64,000 nucleotides of DNA from Candidatus Puniceispirillum sp. (GTDB lineage Bacteria; Pseudomonadota; Alphaproteobacteria; Caedimonadales; UBA1908): contig PNJU01000002.1 in the NCBI GenBank assembly GCA_013822015.1, positions 192,500-256,499 on the forward strand, written 5' to 3'. Shown piece after piece: positions 36,704-45,956 of this stretch (positions are counted from its first letter, which is position 1; the number at the start of each line of letters is the position of its first letter). A program made the translations under genes and the position numbers. The notes beneath the pieces are model-generated. The model was not told where the DNA came from. It made no database searches and saw only the letters and a program-made list of their open reading frames with translations.

Positions 36704-38035
36704 ATGTTCTCAGAGCTTATGGATTTCTTGAAAGAATCCTTGTCATTGTTTGTAACAGTGCCCGCCATCATCGTGGCAGGCCTTTACTTCACAGTGACGC
36801 TCAAGGGTATTCAGTTCACCCATGTCAAAAAAGCCCTCACCCTTATCACCCCTGAGAAAAAAGAAGGCGGTATTTCTTCCTTTGGCGCTGTTGCGGCTGT
36901 GCTTGGCGGAAATCTGGGAACAGGAAACGTGGCCGGTGTTGCGGTTGCGCTCACCATGGGTGGACCGGGCGCCCTCTTTTGGATGTGGGTAATGGCGTTT
37001 TTAACGGCCTCCATCAAGTACGCGGAGTGCTATTTGGGTGTCACATACCGAACCCAAAACGCACAAAAAGAATATGTGGGTGGTCCCATGTATTATCTGC
37101 GCCACGCTAATTTCCCGCTCCTTGCCAAGGGCTTTGCCCTTTTTACGGTTTTTGCGGCACTCACTGGTGGAACCCTTGTACAGGTCAACTCCCTTTCCCT
37201 TCCCCTTGAGCAAGCCGGCTACAACCCGCTTTATATGGGTGTCTTCATGGCTGTCCTGGTGGCCATTACGGTTCTTGGGGGCATGAAGCGCTTTGTACTT
37301 GTGGTCTCCGCCGTCGTGCCCCTCATGGCTGTGGGATATATCGGTGCGTGCCTTTATGTGATTGGGGCGCACTTTCACCAGCTCCCCGACGCTTTTTCTC
37401 TCATTTTCCGCTCGGCCATGGGTATTGAGCCCGCCATTGGCGGATTTGCTGGGTGTGCGGCTTTTCAAGCCATGCGCACAGGCTTTGACCGCGCCCTCTT
37501 TGCAACGGAATCAGGTCTTGGTCTTGCCTCCATCATGCACGCCCCCGTCACCAGCCCATCGGAGAGATACCCCAACAACGTGGCCCAAGGTATCATCAGT
37601 ATCTTCTCGCCATTTATCGTTGTCATTGTGACTTCTCTCACGGGCCTTGTGCTCCTTGTGACAAACGTCTGGCAAGATCCATCCCTTATTAGCACCAATC
37701 AGTGCACCCAAGCGTTCTGCGTGGGCTTTAATTGGGAAGGGGCTGGGTACATCGTGCTCATCTCCCTCTTCTTCTTTGCCTTCACAACAACCCTAGCATG
37801 GGCCTTTTGTGCGGACCGGGCGGTGGAATTTCTTTTTGGTTCAAAGGGCGTGCGCCCCTTCCAGTGGCTCCTTATCATGGTCGTGCCTTTGGGCGCGGTG
37901 CTCAGCGTTAGCTTCGTGTGGTGGCTCATGGATATTTGCCTGAACATCATGCTGTTCCTCAATCTCATTGGGCTTTTTGTCATGCGCAAGGAAATCCTTG
38001 AGAACGCGAAAAAGTATCTTTGGAAGAAGGCATAG
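36704..38035 (+). CDS. Alanine/glycine:cation symporter (AGCS family)
   Basis: 443 aa with RBS AAGGAG; GGISSFGAVAAVLGGNLGTGNVAGVAVALTMGGPGALFWMW is the AGCS signature region. Confidence 0.85.
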   Translation: MFSELMDFLKESLSLFVTVPAIIVAGLYFTVTLKGIQFTHVKKALTLITPEKKEGGISSFGAVAAVLGGNLGTGNVAGVAVALTMGGPGALFWMWVMAFLTASIKYAECYLGVTYRTQNAQKEYVGGPMYYLRHANFPLLAKGFALFTVFAALTGGTLVQVNSLSLPLEQAGYNPLYMGVFMAVLVAITVLGGMKRFVLVVSAVVPLMAVGYIGACLYVIGAHFHQLPDAFSLIFRSAMGIEPAIGGFAGCAAFQAMRTGFDRALFATESGLGLASIMHAPVTSPSERYPNNVAQGIISIFSPFIVVIVTSLTGLVLLVTNVWQDPSLISTNQCTQAFCVGFNWEGAGYIVLISLFFFAFTTTLAWAFCADRAVEFLFGSKGVRPFQWLLIMVVPLGAVLSVSFVWWLMDICLNIMLFLNLIGLFVMRKEILENAKKYLWKKA

Positions 38036-38065
38036 GAAGGACGCGCTCAGTCGCGGCTTAAAATA

Positions 38066-38096
38066 AAAGGCCCATGTGTTGCATGGGCCTTTTTTG
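38066..38096 (+). terminator. Rho-independent terminator after the AGCS gene
   Basis: AAAGGCCCATG tgttg CATGGGCCTTT followed by TTTT. Confidence 0.65.
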
Positions 38097-38170
38097 AAAT
38101 GCAAAAAAAGCAAAAAGAATCAAAACGGTTTTTTGATTCCAGAGCTTTTAATATGTAAGGAGAATAAGAG

Positions 38171-38257
38171 TGGTGCGGTCGAGAAGACTCGAACTTCCAC
38201 GGACTAAAGTCCACAGCGACCTCAACGCTGCGCGTCTACCAATTCCGCCACGACCGC
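38171..38257 (-). tRNA. tRNA-Leu (anticodon GAG)
   Basis: The reverse complement is GCGGTCGTGGCGGAATTGGTAGACGCGCAGCGTTGAGGTCGCTGTGGACTTTAGTCCGTGGAAGTTCGAGTCTTCTCGACCGCACCA. The anticodon loop is TTGAGGT, with a long variable arm and an encoded CCA. Confidence 0.9.
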
Positions 38258-38296
38258 ACTCGGTATGTCCTCTTATTTGGCGAAAAAGAGACCGTA

Positions 38297-38980
38297 ATGC
38301 AAGCAAAAAATGAGAAAACCGTGAAAAATATTTTTTCCTCCCCTATGAAGCGACAAGACGGCACCCTCCCCCTTTGGCGCATTGACGAGGCTCCTGTGCC
38401 GTATGCAGACGCCATTGCAACAATGGAAGAGTACGCCCACACACTGATCCAGGAAGGCGCTCCAGAGCGCGTCTGGATGCTCTCCCACCCCCACGTCTAT
38501 ACCCTGGGCACAAGCGCCCACGCTTCCCATATCCTGCGCGCCGACGTGCCGGCCGTGGCCACAGGACGCGGCGGTCAGGTGACCTATCACGGACCGGGCC
38601 AGCTTATTCTTTACCCTATCCTTGACCTGCGGGCGCGCACAAAGGACCTGCGCGCCTATGTGTGGGCCTTAGAGGAATGGCTCATCCTGACCCTAGACGC
38701 CTTTGGCATCGACGCCCAGCGCCGCGAGGGCCGCGTGGGGCTCTGGGTCACGCACATGGGGCAAGAGAAAAAAATTGCCGCCATTGGGGTGCGTGTACGT
38801 GGCTGGGTGGCCTTCCACGGCGCCGCCCTCAATATCGACCCAGATCTTTCCTATTTCCAAGGTATTGTGCCCTGTGGCCTCTCCCAGTTCGGCGTGACAT
38901 CCATGACTGAAATTCTCGGAAGTATTAACGAAAATCAGATAAGCGATACACTGCGAAATAAATTTGACACTATTTTTTAA
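38297..38980 (+). CDS. lipB: Octanoyltransferase LipB (start may be the ATG at 38345)
   Basis: HPHVYTLGTSA...GRGGQVTYHGPGQLILYPILDL...KIAAIGVRVRGWVAFHGAALNI...PCGL, the canonical LipB motifs. Confidence 0.9.
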   Translation: MQAKNEKTVKNIFSSPMKRQDGTLPLWRIDEAPVPYADAIATMEEYAHTLIQEGAPERVWMLSHPHVYTLGTSAHASHILRADVPAVATGRGGQVTYHGPGQLILYPILDLRARTKDLRAYVWALEEWLILTLDAFGIDAQRREGRVGLWVTHMGQEKKIAAIGVRVRGWVAFHGAALNIDPDLSYFQGIVPCGLSQFGVTSMTEILGSINENQISDTLRNKFDTIF

Positions 38981-39043
38981 CTTTTTATAAGTTTTTTCGA
39001 ATTAATCTATCATCCTTATCACTTCAAAATAGAGAGGCACACC

Positions 39044-39397
39044 ATGCGCAAAGTGTATTTGCTTGCCCTCAGTCTATGCTTTCCTCTTGGAGCCTCTGGT
39101 CATGAAGAGGAGCCCGTTGCATCCCTTCATGTTCCCCATCGTCTGGTTGTTAAATGGCTTGAGCCCTACGAGGGGCCCGAGCGTGTTATAGAGCTTATTC
39201 TTAACAGGCGGGAGAGACATTTCACGGTGGCTGTGACGCATGCACCGGTCGACGCTGCCAAATCCTATGATGACATACCTGCAACAGGGGCGCTGTGTCT
39301 GTTTACCATTAACCAGCCGTCTCCCATTCAGCATCTTGGCGTTTTGTCCTACAAAGACCCCCGCACCGGGCATACCCTCTTTCTCACGCCGCTCTAA
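39044..39397 (+). CDS. Small secreted hypothetical protein (117 aa)
   Basis: RBS AGAGAGG. Leader MRKVYLLALSLCFPLGASGHE. No family recognised. Confidence 0.5.
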   Translation: MRKVYLLALSLCFPLGASGHEEEPVASLHVPHRLVVKWLEPYEGPERVIELILNRRERHFTVAVTHAPVDAAKSYDDIPATGALCLFTINQPSPIQHLGVLSYKDPRTGHTLFLTPL

Positions 39398-39646
39398 GCA
39401 AAACCAGGTTATCAGACATGCAGCTTCTACACGCACCACATGGAAATGGCGCCTTGCGCGTGCGAAGCGTCTTTTAGGAAGTATTCACGCCTGGGGCAAG
39501 CCACCTGCTCTTTTCTATTTATTAAATGCAACCATACCTGGAGTTATGCCAAAAGATGAGCCCTTCTTGCGCTTTCGACTTGAAAAATTAACTCACTTAG
39601 AGGATAATCCCACTTCACTTTCTAGCAAAGAAATAGGACTTCACCC

Positions 39647-41476
39647 ATGAAAGATATTCGCAACGTGGCCATTATCGCCCACGTGGACCACGGTAAAACC
39701 ACGATGGTCGACGTTATGTTCCAACAAAGTGGTGCGTGGCGCGCCAACCAGGCCGTTGTGAAGCGCGCCATGGACTCCAACGAGTTGGAGCGCGAGCGCG
39801 GTATTACCATTTTGGCCAAGTGTACCTCCATTGAGTGGGAAGGCCACCGCATCAACATCGTTGACACCCCAGGACACGCGGACTTTGGTGGTGAGGTTGA
39901 GCGTATCCTGAGCATGGTGGACGGCGTAATCCTTTTGGTGGACGCCGCCGAAGGCCCCATGCCCCAGACGAAGTTCGTCCTCATGAAAGCCTTGGCCCTT
40001 GGCCTTTGCCCCATCCTTGTGATCAACAAGGCTGATCGTCCTGACGCACGCCCCCATGAGGTGGTGAACGAGGTCTTTGATCTCTTCTTGTCCCTGGACG
40101 CCAACGAGAAGCAGCTTGAGTTCCCCATCCTTTACGCATCGGCCAAAGAAGGCTGGTGTGTGCGTGATTTGGCCGACACAAAGCGCGAGACCATCAACCC
40201 ACTTTTCGAGACAGTCCTCAAGCATGTTCCGACCCCCAACGTGGACAAAACTGCGCCCTTTAAGATGCTTGTGACCATGCTGGACGTGGATCCATACTTG
40301 GGACGTATTTTGACGGGTCGCATTGAAAGCGGTGTGGCAAAGACCATGATGGCTGTGCGCGCCCTCGCCCACGATGGAACCCTCATTGAGGACGCCAAAC
40401 TCACCAAGGTCTTTGCTTACCGCGGACTCAAGCGTGAGCCCATTGAGAGCGCCCAGGCCGGTGACATCATCGCCGTTGCTGGCTTTGAAAAGGCAACGGT
40501 TTCCCACACCATTGGCACACCTGACATTGACTCCCCCCTCAAAGCTCAGCCCATTGATCCACCTACCCTCTCCATGACCTTCTCCATTAACGACTCGCCC
40601 TTAGCAGGCAAAGAAGGCAAAAGCGTGACATCACGCCTTCTGCAAGAGCGCCTCATGCGTGAAGCGGAGAGCAACATTGCCATTCAAGTGCGCATCAGCG
40701 AAGAAAAGGACGCCTTTGAGGTTTCCGGGCGTGGCGAACTTCAACTCGGCGTGCTCATTGAAACCATGCGCCGTGAGGGCTTTGAAATGTCCGTCAGCCG
40801 CCCCAGGGTGGTGTTTAAGCGAGATGAAGTAACAAATGAGCGCCTCGAGCCCTTTGAGGACCTACAAATCGACGTGGATGAAGAGTTCTCCGGCGTTGTC
40901 ATGGAGAAGATGGGCCTGCGCAAGGGTGAGCTGACGGATATGCGCCCCTCAGGAGGCGGCAAAATTCGCCTTACTTTCCTCGTACCTTCACGCTCCCTCA
41001 TTGGCTACATCGGTGAGCTCCTCACGGATACCCGTGGGACCGCCATCATGAGCCGCCTTTTCCACGGATATGGTCCGTATAAGGGGGCCCTGGAGGGACG
41101 TCGCAACGGTGTTCTTATCTCCAATGCAACGGGTAAGGCCGTCGGGTACGCCCTCTTCAACCTTGAGGACCGCGGCGTGTTCTTTATTGAGCCCGGAGAG
41201 GATGTCTATGAGGGCATGATCATTGGTGAAAATAACAGAAACAATGACTTGGAAGTGAATCCACTAAAGGCGAAGCAGCTCAGCAACGTGCGCGCGTCCG
41301 GTAAGGACGACGCCATTCGCTTGTCGCCTCCTCGCCGTCTGCGTTTGGAGGAAGCCTTGTCCTACATCCAGGACGACGAGCTTGTGGAGGTCACACCTTC
41401 GTCGCTTCGTCTGCGCAAGCGTCTTCTGCTTCCCCATGAGCGCAAGCGCGCCTCACGCCAAGGCGACGACTCTTAA
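39647..41476 (+). CDS. typA: Translational GTPase TypA/BipA
   Basis: 609 aa; IRNVAIIAHVDHGKTT...DTPGHADFGGEVER...NKADR, with BipA-like sequence over its full length. Confidence 0.97.
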   Translation: MKDIRNVAIIAHVDHGKTTMVDVMFQQSGAWRANQAVVKRAMDSNELERERGITILAKCTSIEWEGHRINIVDTPGHADFGGEVERILSMVDGVILLVDAAEGPMPQTKFVLMKALALGLCPILVINKADRPDARPHEVVNEVFDLFLSLDANEKQLEFPILYASAKEGWCVRDLADTKRETINPLFETVLKHVPTPNVDKTAPFKMLVTMLDVDPYLGRILTGRIESGVAKTMMAVRALAHDGTLIEDAKLTKVFAYRGLKREPIESAQAGDIIAVAGFEKATVSHTIGTPDIDSPLKAQPIDPPTLSMTFSINDSPLAGKEGKSVTSRLLQERLMREAESNIAIQVRISEEKDAFEVSGRGELQLGVLIETMRREGFEMSVSRPRVVFKRDEVTNERLEPFEDLQIDVDEEFSGVVMEKMGLRKGELTDMRPSGGGKIRLTFLVPSRSLIGYIGELLTDTRGTAIMSRLFHGYGPYKGALEGRRNGVLISNATGKAVGYALFNLEDRGVFFIEPGEDVYEGMIIGENNRNNDLEVNPLKAKQLSNVRASGKDDAIRLSPPRRLRLEEALSYIQDDELVEVTPSSLRLRKRLLLPHERKRASRQGDDS

Positions 41477-41485
41477 AACCTAAAA

Positions 41486-41524
41486 GCACGGGGCTGCCAA
41501 CCGGGGCAGTCCCGTGCTATTTTC
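41486..41524. terminator. Bidirectional terminator between typA and a convergent small ORF
   Basis: GCACGGGGCTGCC aaccgg GGCAGTCCCGTGC: a 13-bp stem with one G:U pair, AAAA upstream and TATTTT downstream. Confidence 0.6.
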
Positions 41525-41825
41525 CGTCTTTACCAGTTTCACACACCTTCCCATTTTCGCCATCACTGCAAAGGGGCCCATCACCGTTCAAGAATGGATG
41601 GCGCTGACCCACGTGCCAAGGGGTTGGCGCAACGGGTGCCTTCTCCTCACGCTGGGGAGGTAGCGCCTTGGCTCTCTCTGATTCTTCCTGAGCAGGCGCG
41701 GCCCTAAAATACGCATCCTCCGCCGCCCCTTCACTCCAAGGTTTTGGGTCCGTATCGCCGCCTCCAGCTGCAAAGGAAACAGAGAAATGAAGAAAAAACA
41801 CAGAAAGAAATAAATATTTACCCAT
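41517..41825 (-). CDS. Small secreted hypothetical protein (102 aa)
   Basis: The ATG at 41825 gives MGKYLFLSVFFLHFSVSFAAGGG. The mature part is acidic and Pro-rich with two Cys near the C-terminus. Confidence 0.5.
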   Translation of the reverse strand: MGKYLFLSVFFLHFSVSFAAGGGDTDPKPWSEGAAEDAYFRAAPAQEESERAKALPPQREEKAPVAPTPWHVGQRHPFLNGDGPLCSDGENGKVCETGKDGK

Positions 41826-41883
41826 ATAATTACCCCATTTTTCTTTTATTTTATCATACAAACATTAATTTTTTATTTAAGGC

Positions 41884-41918
41884 AAAAAATCCCCTTGGAA
41901 GATAATTCCTCCAAGGGG
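41884..41918 (-). terminator. Rho-independent terminator of family C gene 1
   Basis: CCCCTTGGA ...10 nt... TCCAAGGGG. On the minus strand it is followed by ATTTTTT, and it lies 27 nt after the stop at 41945. Confidence 0.55.
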
Positions 41919-41944
41919 TGACATAGGTCAGGTAAAAAGGGGTT

Positions 41945-44116
41945 TTAGTTTGGAATTCTATCAAATTTCTTTTGAGCTAGGACAATTTGCCCTCTGTTCC
42001 CTGTTTTTTTTGTTGCGTCAAGTATCAACGCCGCCACCTGTTTCTCCTTAGAAGACGCGCCTGAATCAAGAATGATTTGAATCATCGTTTGTCGCTGCGC
42101 AATCTGCGCCCGTACTTGCGCACGGCGTCCAGCGTCCTGTTCTTGCAAGACAGTCTCTTGAAGGACTCTGACCTCAGCCTGCAGCCACCCAAGAGGCGTT
42201 GTCAGAGAGCTCCTCTCCACGCAAAGCGCCTCGGCCATCTGGTCAAGTTGTTCGTTAAGGCTGCGCACCCTGGCAGCGCCGTAAGATCCTGCACTAGCAA
42301 GCTCAATAAGCACCTGCGCGCCTGAAGACTCACCGACAGTCGGCGTGCGTGGCGCAGTCACTGCCACTGGTGCTGAAGAGATACTGACTCCTGATTGCTC
42401 CTCCAAAGAAAGTGGACTCACCAACTCTTGCATCACCTCAGCGCTAGCTGCTCCCAAACCTTGATTTTGCGTCGGAACAACCTCTTGAACAAGCGTCAGT
42501 GACGTGCGCACAGGCGCACTTGAAGCCAGAGACACTGCTGGCGCTTCGTCGACGAGCGCAGTTACAAATTCAAGTGTCGGGCAGTTGGAGGCGCCCATGC
42601 GACTTTCGTGCTCTGCGTCGCTTGGGTTGTAAGGGGTCTCTCTAACAGCGGGTGAGACCTCTTCAGCCGGCGTAGGCACAACAACCTGAGGGACACGCGC
42701 GCCTTCGATCTCTTGCAAACGCGCCTCAATAAGCGAGATTTCGTCGCGTGCATCTGGTGTTAAACCTGCCAGTCGCGCGCGCAGCAAATGCTCCTCACCT
42801 TGGGCAGAAAGGACGGCGCGCATGCGCAAATCACCGCGCTCTTCCTCAAGACGAGCGATCTCAGCGTGAAATGCATCTATGGCCCCTCGTGAAGCGGCAA
42901 TGTCCTGCTCCACCTGAGACAGCGTGCGCGGCGCTGGATCCGAGGAAGAAGAGGCGATCATGGTCAGTGGATAAAGGTCCGCACGTTGACGGACAAGGTC
43001 ACCGGCGCGCGCGGCGTCGCCTGTCCTCGTGGCGAGTACGAGCGCCGCATCAATGCGCCCAAGACTGGCTAAACGTGCCTCAAAAAGTCCTGCAAGCGCA
43101 GCGTCTCCGGCTGCGTTGGCTTCATCACGGGCCAGACGGATCCGCTCGTCCACAGTGGCACTTTCTTGCTGTTGACGCAATCTCAATGTCGTACGCTCAC
43201 CTTGAAGCCTTGCAAGATGTTCCTGCTCTTGGGCAAGGTTTCCACGCGCCCCTTCCAGAGATGCGAGAACGGTTTCCATGGTGCGCGCGGCCGGAGCTGT
43301 AGGGGTGGAGAACTCTGTTTCCAGTTCTGGCGAAAGTGCGGGCGTGAGAGCGCCTGGTGTGACACTTGAAACTGGCTGCTCTGCCATTATAGACGCCCAC
43401 GTCAAAACCGCGCGCAGACCACGCGCAAAGGGCTCGCTGGGCGTGTCAGAGCCAAACAGAGAAAGAGGCGAGATGCCAAGCATTGTCGCGGGGTCAAGGC
43501 TTCCATCCGCTCCCACCCCAATGCGCGCATTGTGCGCACCACTCAAAAAGACGGCGTACGCACGGTTTAAGCTACGTGTTTCCTGCGCTCCATTACGAAG
43601 CATATGAAGGACATCAATGGCTGAAACACGTGATTGCCCTCGTAAAACGCCACGCAAAGGACTATTGCGGGGCTCATCTGCTGACGGTGCATCTGACTGG
43701 CCCGCCATACGGGACGCCCAAGAGAAAAGACCATACACACCCCGTGCAAATGGCTCAGTTTCAGTGTTACCACCAAACAGAGTCATTGCTGCGGGGATGC
43801 CGTGCATAGTCGTAGGGTCAAGGGTTCCATCTTCCAAAAATACCACATTCCTATCGTGGGCAGCGCTCAAAAAGACACGGTAAGCGGGGTTCATGTGGCG
43901 TGTTTCCGGTGCTCCTGATTGAAGAAGGTTCAAGATTTCAACAGCCGATCTATCCTCAGGCACAGATACCTGTGCTGGGCTTGTCCAAGAGCCAAAGACG
44001 CCCCCTAAGGCTTCAGACGAGAGTGATGGCCATGGGGTATCAGTTGAGGAGCCATGGGCCGACACACTCACAAGGGCTGTCGCCAAAAGCATTGTTTTAA
44101 AAAGGTTATTGTGCAT
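41945..44116 (-). CDS. Large secreted repeat/coiled-coil protein, family C member 1 (723 aa)
   Basis: The ATG at 44116 (MHNNLFKTMLLATALVSVSAHG) is preceded by GGAGAGAG. It has two tandem ~90-aa modules (..RSAVEILNLLQSGAPETR..AY.VFLSAAH...DG.LDP......LFG......PFARG....L.WAS.MA), then a long Ala/Arg/Glu/Leu-rich predicted coiled coil and an S/A/V/P-rich segment. Confidence 0.75.
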   Translation of the reverse strand: MHNNLFKTMLLATALVSVSAHGSSTDTPWPSLSSEALGGVFGSWTSPAQVSVPEDRSAVEILNLLQSGAPETRHMNPAYRVFLSAAHDRNVVFLEDGTLDPTTMHGIPAAMTLFGGNTETEPFARGVYGLFSWASRMAGQSDAPSADEPRNSPLRGVLRGQSRVSAIDVLHMLRNGAQETRSLNRAYAVFLSGAHNARIGVGADGSLDPATMLGISPLSLFGSDTPSEPFARGLRAVLTWASIMAEQPVSSVTPGALTPALSPELETEFSTPTAPAARTMETVLASLEGARGNLAQEQEHLARLQGERTTLRLRQQQESATVDERIRLARDEANAAGDAALAGLFEARLASLGRIDAALVLATRTGDAARAGDLVRQRADLYPLTMIASSSSDPAPRTLSQVEQDIAASRGAIDAFHAEIARLEEERGDLRMRAVLSAQGEEHLLRARLAGLTPDARDEISLIEARLQEIEGARVPQVVVPTPAEEVSPAVRETPYNPSDAEHESRMGASNCPTLEFVTALVDEAPAVSLASSAPVRTSLTLVQEVVPTQNQGLGAASAEVMQELVSPLSLEEQSGVSISSAPVAVTAPRTPTVGESSGAQVLIELASAGSYGAARVRSLNEQLDQMAEALCVERSSLTTPLGWLQAEVRVLQETVLQEQDAGRRAQVRAQIAQRQTMIQIILDSGASSKEKQVAALILDATKKTGNRGQIVLAQKKFDRIPN

Positions 44117-44240
44117 TATTTCTCTCTCCAAGTGTTATAAACAGCAACTTAACGTCGACACCATTATAAGGCGCGCCATAAGCTGGCCTGACATATAGGA
44201 AGAAAAAAACACCCTGTCAACGAAACGGGAAAAATAAATT
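44073..44240. repeat. Dispersed direct repeat, copy 1 (leader plus 5'UTR/promoter of family C gene 1)
   Basis: agggctgtcgccaaa..cattgttttaaaaaggttattgtgcattattt.tctctccaagtgttataaaca...cttaacgtcgacacc...ggcgcgccataagctggcctgacatataggaagaaaaaaacaccctgtcaac recurs almost verbatim at 45583-45750. Confidence 0.85.
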
Positions 44241-44293
44241 TTTAGGTACTGCGCGTACGAAGGAAAACCTTTACGTGCTCTGCTTGCACGCAG

Positions 44294-44331
44294 CATAAGC
44301 GCCCTGAACAGACCTGAACAGGGCGCTTATG
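44294..44331 (-). terminator. Hairpin downstream of family C gene 2 (no U-tract)
   Basis: CATAAGCGCCCTG aacagacctgaa CAGGGCGCTTATG: a 13-bp perfect stem 12 nt after the stop at 44343. Confidence 0.4.
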
Positions 44332-44342
44332 TGTCAGTGGAA

Positions 44343-45626
44343 TTAGTTTGCTAGAGCGTGGGACATAAACGTGATGAGGTAGTTTTTGTATGCCTCGTCA
44401 ATCTTAACAGGGGTGTGTCTGTCCTCTATCATATCCTGCCAGTGGTGCCACGCATCAACCACCGCGTCCCGGGCTTCGGCCAGCACTGGTGGCGTAGGAC
44501 GCCTTCTAACAAATGCTGAAGCCTCACCGCTGGATTGCGCGCTGTCGGCGGCACTAGGCGTTGAGACCGCTGGTGCCCTGGTTGTCACCATAAGCGCTTC
44601 ACATTGAGAGCGAAGTGTCGCAAGGCTTGCCAGCGCATGATCTCGCTCAACCGTCCTCGCGGAGAGCGCATTTAGGGCGTCGTCTCGCTCAGCTGTGCGT
44701 GAGAAAAGCGCGCTTTGGGCATCGTCTCCCTCGGCTGTGCGTGATGAAAGAACAGGCGTAAGGGAATGTGATCCTTCCACCGCCAGGGGCAAATCAGAAG
44801 AAGAGCTCGGCGACACAGCAGACGAAGGGATCGCCAGATCCTCTGTTTCATGCTCAGGCGAGGACGATGTTGTGGCGGACAGAGGTGAGATAACGGGAGC
44901 AGGTTGTTCTGCTACAAATGAGGCACCCCATCTCAGGACGGCTAAGAGGCCATGGGCAAAGTGTTCATTGGGCGCGTCAAAACCAAAAAGGGAGATGGGT
45001 ACAAGACCTGATAGGCCCATGGGGTCAATATTACCATCGGCCGCAACTCCAATTCTTGCACCATGGGCGGCGCCAAGAAAGACAGCGTATGCACGGTTCA
45101 AGTTCCTTGTTTCATCTGATCCGTCACGCAGTAGGTTAAGGGTTTCGATGGCAGATCTTTGTGGGGAGGCACTCCTAAAACCTTGAAACCCAGATGTGTT
45201 GCCTTCGTTTTGTGAATCGGCTCCTTCTAAAGATGCCATACGAGCCGCCCACGAAAAGAGCCCGAGCATACCACGGGCAAAGACCTCACTCGGATTGGTT
45301 GAACCAAACAGGCTTTGAACGGCAGGAAGACCACGTGTCGTTACGGGATCAAGGGTGCCGTTTTCTAAAAAGGAGATCTGACGCCGGTGCGCGGCACTCA
45401 AAAAGGCCGCATAGCCCGTATTGAAGACGCGTGTTTGTGGGTCACCTGACTCCAACAGATTGAGCGTCTCGATGGCGGAACGCTCTTGACTGGCTGTGGT
45501 AACAGCTGGAGACGTGTGATAGCCTTGCATAGCTTCGGACGGGATATCCGGAAGGGGTGAAGCGTTAACGCCCACACTTACCAGGGCTGTCGCCAAAGAC
45601 ATTGTTTTAAAAAGGTTATTGTGCAT
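44343..45626 (-). CDS. Secreted repeat protein, family C member 2 (427 aa)
   Basis: The ATG at 45626 gives MHNNLFKTMSLATALVSVGVNA. It has the same two ~90-aa modules as member 1 (QERSAIETLNLLESGDPQTR...; PQRSAIETLNLLRDGSDETR...), followed by degenerate 14-aa repeats (..RTAERDDALNAL..). Confidence 0.75.
   Translation of the reverse strand: MHNNLFKTMSLATALVSVGVNASPLPDIPSEAMQGYHTSPAVTTASQERSAIETLNLLESGDPQTRVFNTGYAAFLSAAHRRQISFLENGTLDPVTTRGLPAVQSLFGSTNPSEVFARGMLGLFSWAARMASLEGADSQNEGNTSGFQGFRSASPQRSAIETLNLLRDGSDETRNLNRAYAVFLGAAHGARIGVAADGNIDPMGLSGLVPISLFGFDAPNEHFAHGLLAVLRWGASFVAEQPAPVISPLSATTSSSPEHETEDLAIPSSAVSPSSSSDLPLAVEGSHSLTPVLSSRTAEGDDAQSALFSRTAERDDALNALSARTVERDHALASLATLRSQCEALMVTTRAPAVSTPSAADSAQSSGEASAFVRRRPTPPVLAEARDAVVDAWHHWQDMIEDRHTPVKIDEAYKNYLITFMSHALAN
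44630..44755 (-). repeat. Degenerate ~42-bp (14-aa) tandem repeats in family C gene 2
   Basis: Three units encode RTAEGDDAQSALFS / RTAERDDALNALSA / RTVERDHALASLAT. The tctcgctca / tctcgctca / tctccctcg landmarks are spaced 42 nt apart (44641, 44683, 44725). Confidence 0.6.
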
Positions 45627-45750
45627 TATTTTTCTCTCCAAGTGTTATAAACAACAGCTTAACGTCGACACCTTTAAAGGGCGCGCCATAAGCTGGCCTG
45701 ACATATAGGAAGAAAAAAACACCCTGTCAACAAAAGTGGAAAAATATATT
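45583..45750. repeat. Dispersed direct repeat, copy 2 (leader plus 5'UTR/promoter of family C gene 2)
   Basis: Near-identical to 44073-44240; I saw only a handful of substitutions or indels by eye. Confidence 0.85.
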
Positions 45751-45894
45751 TAAAGTGGAAACAAGGCCCAAAGATTGGGCCATCGATGGGGAAAAGGCCG
45801 CCCACTGTCAGCCTATAACGAGAACAATTTCATTTCGTGCGCAGGAAACGATGCAAGCGACGCGTGTCGCAATCGAAATTACAAGGGAGCTATA

Positions 45895-45929
45895 AAACAA
45901 AACCCCCTTGCGTTTTGCGCGCAAGGGGG
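45895..45929 (-). terminator. Rho-independent terminator of family D gene 1
   Basis: CCCCCTTGCG ttttgcg CGCAAGGGGG. On the minus strand it is followed by TTTTGTTTT, and it lies 28 nt after the stop at 45957. Confidence 0.55.
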
Positions 45930-45956
45930 CTGCATCATAGCTAAGATTAAAAGCTA

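Noticed and set aside
39641-40507. 288-aa minus-strand ORF
   Set aside because: It is entirely antisense to typA, whose + strand product is full-length BipA-like. The antisense translation is low-complexity (G/V/H/L-rich) with no motif, as expected for antisense frames of strongly codon-biased genes.
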